Shown here one piece after another: positions 51,041-62,196 of a stretch of DNA of 64,000 nt. This stretch comes from an uncultured Verrucomicrobiae bacterium (GTDB lineage Bacteria; Verrucomicrobiota; Verrucomicrobiia; Chthoniobacterales; UBA10450), in the NCBI GenBank assembly GCA_963815455.1, contig CAWFGO010000002.1:1-64000 (forward strand). The letters are read 5' to 3'. The translations under genes and the position numbers were made by a program. Below the pieces are notes generated by a model. It was not told where the DNA came from, did not search any database, and worked only from the letters and a program-made list of their open reading frames with translations. How positions within the stretch are numbered: position 1 is the first letter of the stretch; each line of letters begins with the position of its first letter.

Positions 51041-53167
51041 TTGCCCTCTTATCGTTGCACAAACCGAGAACGACCGGGGGGCGTAGTTTGTTGTCGCGAA
51101 TCCAGCTGGAAAAAGTTACCATCGGCTATCACGGAAAAAGCGGCCAACTCGTATCCAAGAATCTTGACCGGGGCTGTGCTGTGTAGCGCAGGCGCATTGC
51201 TCGCCCTGTTATGCGTTACCGCGGCTCCACTGCCGGCGGGCAGGTCGAGCATTGAGCAAATCCAACGTCGGCCGGCCGTTGGCATGTCGGTTCACAACGA
51301 TGTCTCGCCGCCGCTGCGTGATATCGGCCGATTGTCGATCCAATCAGCGGATTCCATCACGCCGAACCTCCTTACGGATCCAATACTGAACTTTGAGGGC
51401 ATGACGACGTTCCTCGCTCCCCCCGCGATGCAAGGTGCAGTGGGACAAAGCCATTACGTCCAGATCTTGCACCAAAGTTATCAGGTATTCGACAAGACCA
51501 CCGGCGGTTCCGTGCTCGGACCAAACACCATCATGTCCATGTGGGTCGGCTTTGGCGGTCTGTGCCAGACAAATGGGGGACTGGAGCCCCTGGTTGTGTA
51601 TGACCAGATTGCCAACCGTTGGTTGGTCGTTCAATTTGCAGGCACCCTTGGGCTCACCGAAGCGTGCATCGCCGTTTCCAACACCAGTGATGCCACCGGC
51701 AGTTACAATCGGTACGCTTTTCATTTCCCGTCCAATAATCTTGACGACTGGAAACTCGGAATCTGGCCGGACGCGTACTATATGAGCGCCGCCGCCTTCG
51801 ACGCGAATACAGCTGTGGCAGTCGCGTTGGATCGCGCCGCAATGATCGCGGGACAGCCTGCCAGTTATCAGCTTTTTCCGCGACCCGCCAACGAGAGAAA
51901 AATGTTACCGGCGACCCTGGAAGGATCGACATCGCCACCGCCAGGCGCGCCGAATCCGTTTTTGCAATTCCCGAGCGGCGGTAGCTACAAACTTTTTCGA
52001 TACCACGTCGATTTTGCCACCCCGGCAAATTCTACGTTCACCGGACCGATTCCCATCGCAGCAGCGGCTTTTATGGAACTTTGTCCATCGAACTCAAGTT
52101 GTGTCCCGCAACCAGCCACCGCCACCCGGGTCGACGGAGTCGGTGATCGCCTAATGTCGAGACTCGCTTATCGGAATTTAAGCGATCACGAAATGCTGGT
52201 GGGGAATTTTAGCGTCCAAATCGGGATCAGCCCCAGCCAGTTCAGCGCAATCCGCTGGTTCGAGATGCGCAGGGTCACTTCTGGCACGCCGATCGTTTTT
52301 CAGGAAGCCACCTTCGCGCCGGACAACCTTTGGCGTTGGTTAGGAAGCAGCGCCACGGATCAACTCGGAAACATTGCTCTCGGTTATAGCATATCTCACG
52401 GCAGTTTGTTTCCCGGTATTCGTTACGCCGGGCGATTGGCAACGGGCCCGCCCGGTTCGATGCAAGGGGACTTTCTGCTCATCAATGGCACTGGCAGTCA
52501 AACCAGCCCCTCTCACACTTGGGGGCCTCACAGTGCGATGACTGTCGATCCGGTCGATGAGCGAACGTTCTGGTTCACCAGCGAATATTACACCACCACC
52601 ACTTCCTATCAGCCGCATACCCGCATCGGCAGTTTTAGATTTCCAGTTGCACCGGCCATACAATCGATTGTCTCGCGAAAGATCCATGGCGGCATGAACT
52701 TTGACATCGCGCTTCCCGCTACCGGTAATCCCGGAATCGAATGTCGCCGCGGCTCGGGAGCAAATTCGAACAATCACCAGGTGATCGTGACGTTTGCCGA
52801 GCCGGTCAACGTCGACGGTGTGGTGGTAAACAGCATTGACGGGCAGGCCACCGCGACTACCAGCGTTGCCGGAGCAGCCGTCATTGTCGATCTTTCCAGT
52901 GTAGCAAACGCGCAGATAATCAGAATCACGCTCACCAACGTAGCCGGCGACACGGATATCGGAAACGTTTCATTTCCAATGTCGTTCTTGCTCGGCGACA
53001 CAACCGGCAACGGTAGCGTCAACGCCTCCGATGTCGGGCAAACCAAAGCGCGAGCGGGTCAGGTGTTGAGTGAGACCAATTTTCGCAGCGACCTCAACGA
53101 GAACGGCACGATCAACGCAAGCGATGTTGCCATTGTAAAAGCGCAGGTCGGCACGTCGCTTCCGTAG
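51041..53167 (+). CDS. Secreted propeller-like protein with C-terminal beta+dockerin-like module (start uncertain)
   Basis: Collinear homology to 30004..33861 (YDQIANRW, GIWPDAYY, RLAYRN, IRWFE, VDP.D..TFW); module from IVSRKIHGG. Confidence 0.85.
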   Translation: MPSYRCTNRERPGGVVCCRESSWKKLPSAITEKAANSYPRILTGAVLCSAGALLALLCVTAAPLPAGRSSIEQIQRRPAVGMSVHNDVSPPLRDIGRLSIQSADSITPNLLTDPILNFEGMTTFLAPPAMQGAVGQSHYVQILHQSYQVFDKTTGGSVLGPNTIMSMWVGFGGLCQTNGGLEPLVVYDQIANRWLVVQFAGTLGLTEACIAVSNTSDATGSYNRYAFHFPSNNLDDWKLGIWPDAYYMSAAAFDANTAVAVALDRAAMIAGQPASYQLFPRPANERKMLPATLEGSTSPPPGAPNPFLQFPSGGSYKLFRYHVDFATPANSTFTGPIPIAAAAFMELCPSNSSCVPQPATATRVDGVGDRLMSRLAYRNLSDHEMLVGNFSVQIGISPSQFSAIRWFEMRRVTSGTPIVFQEATFAPDNLWRWLGSSATDQLGNIALGYSISHGSLFPGIRYAGRLATGPPGSMQGDFLLINGTGSQTSPSHTWGPHSAMTVDPVDERTFWFTSEYYTTTTSYQPHTRIGSFRFPVAPAIQSIVSRKIHGGMNFDIALPATGNPGIECRRGSGANSNNHQVIVTFAEPVNVDGVVVNSIDGQATATTSVAGAAVIVDLSSVANAQIIRITLTNVAGDTDIGNVSFPMSFLLGDTTGNGSVNASDVGQTKARAGQVLSETNFRSDLNENGTINASDVAIVKAQVGTSLP

Positions 53168-53174
53168 GAAACTT

Positions 53175-54890
53175 TCAAATCTCACGCACGACTTCGCTGG
53201 ACTCCTTGTCCTCTCGCAAGCCGAGGAAGACCGGCGCCCGCAATTTTTCATCGCGGGTCCATTCGGCAAATTTGATTTCGCAAACAAAGACCGGATTAAG
53301 CCAGTGCATTTTCTTCATCATTCCGGGCGTGATGTTCTGCGACCATTGCCCGGCGGTCTTGTGCGGAAGATCGACAAATGGGCAATCTTTCCGGCGCTCT
53401 TTCTGAAATTTCTTGTGCAGCATCGACAAGGTTTTTTCCGAGAACCCGGTGCCGACTTTACCAGCAAACTTGAGTTTCTTGTCCTCATAGTAGCCGACCA
53501 AAAGTGCTCCGAAATATTTCCGCGCGCCTTGTGGCGGAGTGTAGCCGCCAATGACAAATTCCTGTTCGTTAACGCATTTGAGTTTGATCCATGCGCCGCT
53601 TCTCCGACCTGGCTCGTAAACTGAATTGCGCTGCTTGCCGATGATTCCTTCCAAGCCGCGCCGCTTCACTTCTTCAAGCAAGGTTCTGGCATCGCCGCCA
53701 ATCGCGCCCGAGTAACGGATAGGGTCCCCTGCCCCGGCACAAAGTTTTTCCAGAACACTCTTCCGCGCTTCCAGCGGGAGCGAGATCAGGCTCTTGCCGT
53801 CGAGTTGGAGAAGATCGAACGCATAAAAATACACAGGCGATTTTCGGCCTTCCATCTCGAACGCCTGCAAGAGTTGAAAAGAGGACCGGCCCTTCTGGTC
53901 GAGCGCAACCACCTCGCCATCGATCACGCATTCCCGGACCGGCAATTCCTTCACTGCCTCAACGATGTCCGGGAACCGCTTGGCCTGTTCGTTCTCGTTT
54001 CGCGACAATAGCGACACTTTCTTGTCGATCTTAACTACGACCAGCCGAATGCCGTCGAACTTGAGCTCATACATCCAATCGCCCTGGCCCGGAGGCGCAT
54101 CGACCAGCTTCGATTTCATGGGCTCGATGAATCGCGCCTTCCCATCAGGTAGGGACAGCTTTCCAAGCTGTCCGTCGACTCCTCTACTTTCTGTATTTCC
54201 TCGGATGCCTCGGAGAGGCGTCCCTACCTTTTTGTCTTTTTTTTTAACCGCCGACCGAATGCGCGCCTTGAATTTCGACGTGGCGCTCGCGTCTTTGTCT
54301 TCGCGCCCCGATTCCCATTCGGCATCGCGATCAGCCGCAATCTGCTTCATGGTGCGGCCGGTCTTGATCGATTGATCGTCAACTCTCTTCGAGGGCGTTT
54401 TGGTGTCCGCTCCGGTTTTCAGGATCAGCCACTGATTTTTCTCGCCGTCGCGGCCGCGTATTCGCACCAATGTCCATTCGCCTTTTGCTTTGTCACCATC
54501 GAGAACGAGATGGACTTTGCCTTCCTTCCATGATTTCACCGGCTGTTCGCCGTAAACGTAATAGTCGCCCCGGTCCCAAAGCATCACGGTGCCGCCGCCA
54601 TACTGACCTTCCGGAATGATCCCTTCAAACGCTTCGTATTCGACCGGGTGATCTTCAACTTCGACGGCGAGATGTTTTTCGCCTCGTTTCCAGGGAAGAC
54701 CTTTCGGCAGGGCCCACGATTTCAAAACGCCTTCCATCCGGAGACGAAAATCGTAATGCAAACGACTGGCATCGTGTTTCTGAATTACGAAACGCGAAGC
54801 CCCGCGCACCGCTTTCGGCAGCGGCTTGCCGCCGGCCGGTTCGGCCGTTTTCCGGAAATCGCGTTTTCGTTTGTATTCGGCGAGGCCCAT
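53175..54890 (-). CDS. ligD: NHEJ DNA ligase D (phosphoesterase + ATP-dependent ligase domains; no polymerase domain)
   Basis: PE: FVIQKHDASRLHYDFRL, KSWALPKG, EDHP, GGGTVMLWD; ligase: ELKFDG, EGIIGK, WIKLK, LRAPVFLGLREDK. Confidence 0.93.
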   Translation of the reverse strand: MGLAEYKRKRDFRKTAEPAGGKPLPKAVRGASRFVIQKHDASRLHYDFRLRMEGVLKSWALPKGLPWKRGEKHLAVEVEDHPVEYEAFEGIIPEGQYGGGTVMLWDRGDYYVYGEQPVKSWKEGKVHLVLDGDKAKGEWTLVRIRGRDGEKNQWLILKTGADTKTPSKRVDDQSIKTGRTMKQIAADRDAEWESGREDKDASATSKFKARIRSAVKKKDKKVGTPLRGIRGNTESRGVDGQLGKLSLPDGKARFIEPMKSKLVDAPPGQGDWMYELKFDGIRLVVVKIDKKVSLLSRNENEQAKRFPDIVEAVKELPVRECVIDGEVVALDQKGRSSFQLLQAFEMEGRKSPVYFYAFDLLQLDGKSLISLPLEARKSVLEKLCAGAGDPIRYSGAIGGDARTLLEEVKRRGLEGIIGKQRNSVYEPGRRSGAWIKLKCVNEQEFVIGGYTPPQGARKYFGALLVGYYEDKKLKFAGKVGTGFSEKTLSMLHKKFQKERRKDCPFVDLPHKTAGQWSQNITPGMMKKMHWLNPVFVCEIKFAEWTRDEKLRAPVFLGLREDKESSEVVREI

Positions 54891-54904
54891 CAACTTCCAA
54901 GAAT

Positions 54905-54932
54905 AACCACGGATTACGCGGATTTCACGGAT
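54905..54932. repeat. Tandem 9-mer repeat (cacggatta/cgcggattt/cacggat)
   Basis: Three imperfect units between tsf and ligD. Confidence 0.6.
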
Positions 54933-54954
54933 TGATCAGCCAAGATGCTCGCCA

Positions 54955-55566
54955 CTAACCTGCCGACTCGTTCTCGACTGCTTCGCCCATGAGATAACGG
55001 GTGAACCGTCGGATTACGATGTTTTCGCCCAGCTCGGCAATCTTTGCTTTGACGAGGTCGTCGATAGTTTGGTCCGGGTTCTTGATGAATCCCTGTTCGA
55101 GCAGGCAGACCGTGCTGTAAAACTTCTCCAGTTTACCATCGACAATTTTATCCACGACGTTGGCCGGCTTGCCTTTCACCTGCGCCTTGTAGATCTCGCG
55201 CTCGGCTTCGATTAACTGCCCAGGAACCTGTTCCCGGCTGACGTAAAGCGGATGGGCCGCGGCGATGTGCAGGGTGATGTCCTTCACGAACACGCGGAAG
55301 TTTTCGTTCTTGGCCACGAAATCGGTCTCGCAATTCACTTCGACCAGCACGCCGACTTTGCCCTGTTGATGAATGTAAGCGGCGACGATCCCCTCCTTGG
55401 TCGCGCGCGACGCTTTCCTACTGGCGCTGGCAATTCCCTTCGCCCGCAGGATCCCTTCGGCTTTGTCAAAATCGCCGCCGGCCTCGGCCAGGGCGCGTTT
55501 GCAATCCATCATCCCCGCGTTGGTTTTTTCGCGAAGTTTTTTAACCAGTTGTGGATCGATTTCCAT
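54955..55566 (-). CDS. tsf: Elongation factor Ts (short form)
   Basis: VKKLREKTNAGMMDCKRAL, EVNCETDFVA, ENIVIRRFTRY; follows rpsB. Confidence 0.97.
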   Translation of the reverse strand: MEIDPQLVKKLREKTNAGMMDCKRALAEAGGDFDKAEGILRAKGIASASRKASRATKEGIVAAYIHQQGKVGVLVEVNCETDFVAKNENFRVFVKDITLHIAAAHPLYVSREQVPGQLIEAEREIYKAQVKGKPANVVDKIVDGKLEKFYSTVCLLEQGFIKNPDQTIDDLVKAKIAELGENIVIRRFTRYLMGEAVENESAG

Positions 55567-55637
55567 GGAAGAAAAAATGTGGAGAAGAAAGCGTTCTTGA
55601 GAGTCTGCTCAACTCCTCAACAACTCTACCGTCTCCG

Positions 55638-56369
55638 CTAGGCGGAGACTCCCGCCATCTCGACTTGGTCGCGGATGCGCGCCTCGTTGCTGGCCGAAAC
55701 GATCGCGTCCACGAGTTTTTGCAGGATGACGCGGATCGCGCGAATGGCGTCGTCGTTTCCGGCAATAGGATAATCGATCATTTCCGGATCGGCGTTGGTA
55801 TCGACGATGGCCACGACCGGAATGCTGAGCCGGCGCGCCTCGAGGACGGCGTTTTGCTCACGGAGAGTGTCGATGATGACAATCGCGTCGGGCAATTTGT
55901 CCATCTCGAGGATGCCCTCGAGATTGCGGCGCAGTTTGGCCGCTTCGCGATTGAGGGCAGCCAGCTCCTGTTTGCCCATTTTCTTGTAATCGGGCGATTG
56001 CTCGATCTGCTCGATAAATTTCAAGCGGCCGATGCTCTTGCGGATGGTGGTGAGATTGGTAAGCGTGCCGCCGAGCCAACGCTGATTAACATAAAATTGT
56101 CCGCAGGCGACCGCCGCTTCCTTGATCGCTTCTTGGGCCTGCTTCTTGCAACCAACGAACAAAATCTTGCCGCCGCGCCGGGCCACATCCTGGAGAAACT
56201 CGGTGGCGCGGCGAAGCTGCACCACGGTTTCATCGAGATTGATGATGTAAATCTGATTGCGCTGTTCGAAAATGAACGGCTTCATCTTCGGGTTCCAGCG
56301 TTTGGTCTGGTGACCAAAATGGACGCCCGCTTCCAACAATTCGGGTACTAATTCAACTGTATTTGCCAT
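55638..56369 (-). CDS. rpsB: 30S ribosomal protein S2
   Basis: LLEAGVHFGHQTKRWNPKM, RWLGGTLTN, DTNADP, GNDDAIRA. Confidence 0.98.
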   Translation of the reverse strand: MANTVELVPELLEAGVHFGHQTKRWNPKMKPFIFEQRNQIYIINLDETVVQLRRATEFLQDVARRGGKILFVGCKKQAQEAIKEAAVACGQFYVNQRWLGGTLTNLTTIRKSIGRLKFIEQIEQSPDYKKMGKQELAALNREAAKLRRNLEGILEMDKLPDAIVIIDTLREQNAVLEARRLSIPVVAIVDTNADPEMIDYPIAGNDDAIRAIRVILQKLVDAIVSASNEARIRDQVEMAGVSA

Positions 56370-56513
56370 AGAGAAAAATCGCGCCGGCCGAGCTTCGACC
56401 GGCGGAGCGGGAAGATGCTACAGGGGGAGAGAGATGGCAAATCCAATTTCAACTGAGATTCGCGGCCTGACTGCCGACCGGGCAATGGCCATTAGGACGT
56501 TAAGCAAAGGCGA

Positions 56514-57359
56514 TCAGCGGTGGAAAAGACTATCCACGCGGATGTTCACCCGCAAGGTGACCTGATCCTCGCAAAGATCGACATGAGTCGAATGGACCAT
56601 GAACTTCGAGTCCCCGGCAAAATCGAAGTTTTGGCTGCCAAACGAGGTGTGCCGATACTCGGCGCCAATGCTCACCGCATCGGACACCGCGAACTCGGCG
56701 CCGCCGCCGGCCGTCCAGCCCGCCACGACCGTGTCGTCGCTGGAGCTCTGCTCGCCAGGTGAAGTGGGCGAATAAAAATCGACTGCTTCGACATTGATAT
56801 TGGAAATGGCCAAACCACCGGTGCCGTAAAAGAGAATGCGCCCCCAAGCATAACCCAGACGAACCCGTCCGGTGAGCAGCCAATCGCTTGAGGCCGAGCG
56901 CTTGGCCGAAAGCCCCTCCACATCCAGCAGGTCCGAATGCAGGGTGAAGGTCTTCCAGGTGTTGAGCGACAGACCAGCCGCATCGCCTTCCACGCCCAAA
57001 ACAAAACTGCCAAACTGCCGATTGTAGCCGGCCTGCACTCCCCCAACAAAATCGCCACCATTACTCGCATTAAAAGCCGGAACTTCTATCGTGACGATGA
57101 CCGGGAGCGGCTCGGGCCCGTCACCCACCACACGCGGACCACGCAAGGTCACATCCACCGACGAATCCCCAAAACCGTAATCTCCCCAGATACCGCCGGC
57201 ATGTCCTCCAAAATAGAAACCGCTCCAGTTTAGCAGTGCCGACCCTTTTTGAGCAGGAGGAGAGATCGGTCCATCTGCCCGAACCGTCTCAACGGATGAT
57301 ATCGCAGCCAGTAATCCCACGACCAGGGCGGGCCAACAAAAGCGTCTGTTCCAGTTCAT
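56514..57359 (-). CDS. Outer-membrane beta-barrel protein (Omp25/RopB-like)
   Basis: NWSGFYFGG, GGVQAGYN.Q, RVRLGYA, GWTAGGGAE, IGAEYR. Confidence 0.85.
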   Translation of the reverse strand: MNWNRRFCWPALVVGLLAAISSVETVRADGPISPPAQKGSALLNWSGFYFGGHAGGIWGDYGFGDSSVDVTLRGPRVVGDGPEPLPVIVTIEVPAFNASNGGDFVGGVQAGYNRQFGSFVLGVEGDAAGLSLNTWKTFTLHSDLLDVEGLSAKRSASSDWLLTGRVRLGYAWGRILFYGTGGLAISNINVEAVDFYSPTSPGEQSSSDDTVVAGWTAGGGAEFAVSDAVSIGAEYRHTSFGSQNFDFAGDSKFMVHSTHVDLCEDQVTLRVNIRVDSLFHR

Positions 57360-57426
57360 TGATTGTTTGGCGATAGTGCCAAGTCGGACAAGTGCCAGAA
57401 AGCCTGCCAATGCACAACAACAAAAT

Positions 57427-57978
57427 TTAGGGCCCCGCGGCGCCAGGGGGCGGCTTTTCCACGTGACGGGCCAGGACCCAGCAAAAATCGGAGAGCCGAT
57501 TGAGGTAGCGGACGATCTCCGGGTTAAAATCTTTTTCTTCCTCCATTAGGACGGCCACCCGGCGCTCAGCGCGTCGGCAAGTCGTCCTGGCGAAATCGAG
57601 CGCAGCGGAAAGACCGGTCTTGCCCGGAATCACCCAATCTTTCGGGTAAAGCGATTTGTCCTTTTCGAGATCGACAATCTCCCCGGTCAGGCGTTCGACC
57701 ATCGGAGCAGTCGTAAGCTGAAATCCATCTTTGACGTAGCGTTGTCGATCCTGCGGGTCGGTCGCCAGTTCGCCCATCACAATGATCAGATCCTTCTGGG
57801 CGGCCAGGATTCGGTCGTAAACGAACTGCTCCTGGCAAACGGACCGGGCCAGACCAAGCGCCGCCGTCAGTTCGTCCACGCACCCATAGGCATCGACCCG
57901 AGGATGACTCTTCGAAACGCGCCGTCCATACATCAGCGAGGTTTCCCCCTGATCGCCCGTTTTGGTGACGATCGACAT
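57427..57978 (-). CDS. Cob(I)alamin adenosyltransferase, PduO type
   Basis: IVTKTGDQGETSL, RVDAYG.VDEL, ARTTCRRAER, YLNRLSD. Confidence 0.94.
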   Translation of the reverse strand: MSIVTKTGDQGETSLMYGRRVSKSHPRVDAYGCVDELTAALGLARSVCQEQFVYDRILAAQKDLIIVMGELATDPQDRQRYVKDGFQLTTAPMVERLTGEIVDLEKDKSLYPKDWVIPGKTGLSAALDFARTTCRRAERRVAVLMEEEKDFNPEIVRYLNRLSDFCWVLARHVEKPPPGAAGP

Positions 57979-58007
57979 CGGACGAATTGCAGGGCCCTAC
58001 AGAATCA

Positions 58008-61000
58008 TCACCCGATCGCCGGCTGCGGCTCGGCCTCCTCCATCACGGGAGCGCCGATCGGTTCGCCTTTCTCAACCAGCTTGATCTCACGATGGGCATG
58101 GAATCCCGTGCCCGCCGGAATCAAGTGACCCATGATCACGTTCTCCTTAAAGCCGCGGAGCCTGTCGATCTTCCCAAGCGTAGCCGCTTCGGTGAGCACG
58201 CGTGTCGTATCCTGGAAGGACGCCGCCGAAATAAAGCTGTCGGTCTCGAGCGAAGCCTTGGTAATGCCGAGCAGCACTGGAACGGCTTCCGCCGGCTTTC
58301 CGCCCTTCTCGACGACCTTGCTGTTTTCCTGCTCGAAATCGAGCTTGTCCACCTGATCGCCCCAGAGCAGCGAAGTGTCGCCCGGATCGGTGATCTTCAC
58401 CTTGCGCAACATCTGCCGAACAATGATCTCGATGTGCTTGTCGTTAATCTCGACCCCTTGGAGCCGATAAACTTCCTGCACTTCGTTGACCAAATGTTCC
58501 TGCAAATCCTGCGGTCCGCAGACCTCGAGAATTTCGTGGGGAACAACCGGTCCTTCGGTGAGCTGCTGCCCCTTCTTCACAAAATCGCCCTTGAAAACGA
58601 TCACGTGCTTCGTCATCGAAATGAGATGCTCTTCCTCGGCTCCCGTTTTCGCGTCCTTTAGAATAAGACGTCGCTTCCCGCGAGCCGTGCCGCCCATTTC
58701 GACGATCCCGTCGATCTTGGCAATCTCGGCCGCGTCTTTGGGACGGCGCGCCTCGAATAACTCGGCCACGCGCGGCAAACCACCCGTGATATCCTTGGTC
58801 TTGGCCACTTTGCGCGGCGTCTTGGCCAGCAATGCGCCTCCGCGAACTTTTTGTCCTTCTTCGACAATAACGTGCGCGCCGGCGGGAATGGAATAACTCG
58901 ATAGCACTTCCTTCTTGTCGCCCACAATGACGATCTGCGGATGCAAGTCTTCCTTGTGCTCGATGATGACCGTCCCCATCAGGCCGGTCGCTTCATCGAC
59001 ATCGCGCTTGATCGTGACTCCGGCAATCATGTCGCGGAATTCGATCTTGCCGCTCTTGTCGGTGAGAATCGGCACATTGTACGGATCCCACTGAACGAAC
59101 GTCTCGGCTTTCTTGACCTGGCCACCATCTTTGGTGGTGATGACCGAGCCAATGACAATGTTATAGCGCTCCAATTCGCGGCCGTCTTTGCCGTGAATGC
59201 CGACCGAACCGTTCTTGTTGAGCACGATCCAGTTGCCTTCGAGCGACTCGACCACGCGAAGATCGTTGTAACGAACTTCGCCGTCGTTCTTCGCTTTAAT
59301 GATGGGCTGCTTGAACGTCTGGCTGGCCGTGCCGCCGATGTGGAACGTCCGCATCGTCAGCTGCGTTCCGGGTTCGCCAATCGATTGAGCAGCGATGATC
59401 CCCACCGCTTCGCCCAGCTTCACGAATTGACCGGTCGCGAGGTTGCGTCCGTAGCACATCGCGCAAACACCGCGGCCGCATTCGCACGTGAGCACCGAGC
59501 GAATTTTCAGACTCTCCACTCCGATGCGCTGCAGATCCGCCGCCGTTTTTTCGTCGATGAGCTGGTTCGCTTTAACAATTTTTTTCTTCTTTTCAACCGG
59601 GTCCGCGATCGTTTCGCAACTGACCCGACCGATGATGCGCTGGGCAAGATCGACAACTTCCTCGTCGCCCTCGTAGATCGAACGCACTTCGATGCCGTTG
59701 ACCGTGCCGCAGTCCGGTTCGTTGATGATCACGTCCTGGGCTGCGTCTACCAACTTGCGTGTGAGATAACCGGAGTCCGCCGTCTTGAGCGCCGTATCGG
59801 CCAGACCTTTGCGGGCGCCGTGAGTAGAAATGAAGTACTCGAGCACGCTCAATCCTTCGCGGAAGTTGGACGTGATCGGGCGTTCGATAATTTCGCCGCT
59901 CGGCTTGGCCATCAAACCGCGCATACCGGCGAGCTGACGAACCTGTTGCCGGTTTCCGCGCGCGCCGGAATCAACCATCAGGAAGACCGGATTCAATTCC
60001 TTGCGGCCCTCGTTGTGTTCGAGAGTGCGGAACATCACGCTGGAGATTTCGTCGCCGGCATGAGTCCAGATGTCGATGATCTTATTGTAACGCTCGCCGT
60101 CGGTAATGATGCCCTTGCGATATTGCTGCTCGACCAAACGGATTTGCTTGTAGGCGTTTTCCAGTTCCGTCTGTTTCTCCTTGGGAATAATCATGTCCGA
60201 TATCCCAATCGAGATTCCGGCCTTGGTCGCTTCGGTGAAGCCCAACTCTTTCAATTTGTCGAGGGTCGCGACCGTTTCGGCCGGGCCCGCAACCTGGTAG
60301 CAACGCCAGATAATGTCGCTCAGCTGTTTCTTGCCCGCGGCCTTGTTGAAAAATCCCAGCTCCTTCGGCCAGATCTCGTTGAAAATAACGCGGCCGGCCG
60401 TCGTCTCGATGATTTTGAGATCTCCGTTCCCATTGAGCGTTTGTTTGCCAAAATCGGGATTCTTTAATCGGATGCGGTCGTGCGTCCGGACGGACCCCTG
60501 GCTCATGGCGAACTCCACTTCGGTGGCATCGCCAAATAGCGGAAGGCGCTGGCCGTCCTTGATCTGTCCGCGCGGATTTTGGGTCAGATAATAACAACCG
60601 AGCGTAATGTCTTGCGACGGCGTGGTGATTGGTTTGCCGCTCGACGGCGAGAAAATATTGTTCGGCGCGAGCATCAGCATGCGCGCTTCCAATTGCGCCT
60701 CGACCGATAGCGGCACGTGCACCGCCATTTGGTCGCCGTCGAAGTCCGCGTTGTAAGCGGTACAGACCAGCGGGTGAATGCGAATCGCTTCGCCCTCGAT
60801 CAATTGCGGCTCGAAAGCCTGGATCGACAATCGATGCAGCGTCGGTGCGCGATTGAGCAGCACCGGATGCCCGCGCGTTACTTCATCGAGAATGTCCCAC
60901 ACCTCCGGTGTCTGGCGCTCGATCATTTTTTTCGCGCTGCGCACCGTGTGGACGTAGCCGAGGTCTTTCAGCCGACGAATGATGAACGGCTCGAACAACA

Positions 61001-62126
61001 CGAGCGCCATCTTCTTCGGCAAGCCGCACTGATGCAGTTTCAACTCCGGACCGATAACGATGACCGAGCGGCCCGAGTAATCGACGCGCTTGCCCAACAA
61101 ATTCTGACGGAAGCGTCCGCCCTTGCCCTTGAGCATATCGCTAAGGGATTTGAGCGGGCGATTGCCCGCGCCGGTGACGGCGCGGCCGTGCCGACCATTG
61201 TCGAACAACGCGTCCACCGCTTCTTGCAACATGCGCTTTTCGTTGCGAATGATGACGTCGGGCGTCTTGAGCAAAAGCAGGTTTTTAAGCCGGTTGTTGC
61301 GGTTGATCACACGGCGATAAAGATCATTCAGGTCCGACGTGGCAAATCGACCGCCTTCCAGCGGAACGAGCGGACGCAAATCCGGCGGGATAACCGGGAG
61401 AACATCGAGAATCATCCACTCCGGCCGGGCGTGTGAGTTCATGAAGCCCTGGCAAAGCTTCAGGCGTTTCGCCAGTTTCTTGCGAATTTGTTTGCTCTTG
61501 GTCGCGCCCATCGCTTTATCGAGCTCTTTGTTGAGCTTGTTCAACTCGATCTCGCTCAGAAGTTTTTTGATTCCTTCCGCGCCCATGCCGGCCACGAAAT
61601 CTTCGCCATACTGTTCCTGCGCTTCGCGATATTCGCTCTCGTTCAAGAGCTGCGTTCTTTGCAGCGGAGTCTTGCCCGGATCGATGACGATGTAGTCCTC
61701 GTAATAGATGATGCGCTCGAGCTGGCGCGCGCTCATGTCGAGCATCAGCCCGATGCGCGACGGCATGCACTTGTAAAACCAGATGTGCGAAACCGGCACT
61801 GCCAGTTCGATGTGCCCCATCCGTTCCCGGCGGACTCGGGCCAAAGTAACCTCGACGCCGCAACGATCGCAGATGACGCCCTTATGCTTGATCCGCTTAT
61901 ATTTACCGCATGAACATTCCCAATCGCGCGTCGGTCCAAAAATGCGTTCGCAAAACAGACCGCCCTTTTCCGGTTTGAAAGTCCGGTAATTAATCGTCTC
62001 CGGATTTTTTACTTCACCCTTGCTCCAGGACCGCATCGTGTCGCTCGAAGCAACTCCGATTGCAACCTGATCAAAACCCACGGCCCGTTCTTCGCCTACT
62101 AACTCACGCCAGGAATGTTCGTTCAT
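58008..62126 (-). CDS. rpoC: DNA-directed RNA polymerase beta' subunit
   Basis: NADFDGD catalytic motif, zinc-finger [32 protein letters not shown]. Confidence 0.99.
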   Translation of the reverse strand: MNEHSWRELVGEERAVGFDQVAIGVASSDTMRSWSKGEVKNPETINYRTFKPEKGGLFCERIFGPTRDWECSCGKYKRIKHKGVICDRCGVEVTLARVRRERMGHIELAVPVSHIWFYKCMPSRIGLMLDMSARQLERIIYYEDYIVIDPGKTPLQRTQLLNESEYREAQEQYGEDFVAGMGAEGIKKLLSEIELNKLNKELDKAMGATKSKQIRKKLAKRLKLCQGFMNSHARPEWMILDVLPVIPPDLRPLVPLEGGRFATSDLNDLYRRVINRNNRLKNLLLLKTPDVIIRNEKRMLQEAVDALFDNGRHGRAVTGAGNRPLKSLSDMLKGKGGRFRQNLLGKRVDYSGRSVIVIGPELKLHQCGLPKKMALVLFEPFIIRRLKDLGYVHTVRSAKKMIERQTPEVWDILDEVTRGHPVLLNRAPTLHRLSIQAFEPQLIEGEAIRIHPLVCTAYNADFDGDQMAVHVPLSVEAQLEARMLMLAPNNIFSPSSGKPITTPSQDITLGCYYLTQNPRGQIKDGQRLPLFGDATEVEFAMSQGSVRTHDRIRLKNPDFGKQTLNGNGDLKIIETTAGRVIFNEIWPKELGFFNKAAGKKQLSDIIWRCYQVAGPAETVATLDKLKELGFTEATKAGISIGISDMIIPKEKQTELENAYKQIRLVEQQYRKGIITDGERYNKIIDIWTHAGDEISSVMFRTLEHNEGRKELNPVFLMVDSGARGNRQQVRQLAGMRGLMAKPSGEIIERPITSNFREGLSVLEYFISTHGARKGLADTALKTADSGYLTRKLVDAAQDVIINEPDCGTVNGIEVRSIYEGDEEVVDLAQRIIGRVSCETIADPVEKKKKIVKANQLIDEKTAADLQRIGVESLKIRSVLTCECGRGVCAMCYGRNLATGQFVKLGEAVGIIAAQSIGEPGTQLTMRTFHIGGTASQTFKQPIIKAKNDGEVRYNDLRVVESLEGNWIVLNKNGSVGIHGKDGRELERYNIVIGSVITTKDGGQVKKAETFVQWDPYNVPILTDKSGKIEFRDMIAGVTIKRDVDEATGLMGTVIIEHKEDLHPQIVIVGDKKEVLSSYSIPAGAHVIVEEGQKVRGGALLAKTPRKVAKTKDITGGLPRVAELFEARRPKDAAEIAKIDGIVEMGGTARGKRRLILKDAKTGAEEEHLISMTKHVIVFKGDFVKKGQQLTEGPVVPHEILEVCGPQDLQEHLVNEVQEVYRLQGVEINDKHIEIIVRQMLRKVKITDPGDTSLLWGDQVDKLDFEQENSKVVEKGGKPAEAVPVLLGITKASLETDSFISAASFQDTTRVLTEAATLGKIDRLRGFKENVIMGHLIPAGTGFHAHREIKLVEKGEPIGAPVMEEAEPQPAIG

Positions 62127-62148
62127 GATTATTTATTCTGATTGCTTG

Positions 62149-62182
62149 CTCGCCGTAGGTCGCCGCGGCGACCGAAGGCGGG
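62149..62182. repeat. REP-like hairpin between rpoB and rpoC
   Basis: ctcgccgtaggtcgccgcggcgaccgaaggcggg, imperfect palindrome containing GTAG. Confidence 0.5.
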
Positions 62183-62196
62183 TCGATCTAAAATTG

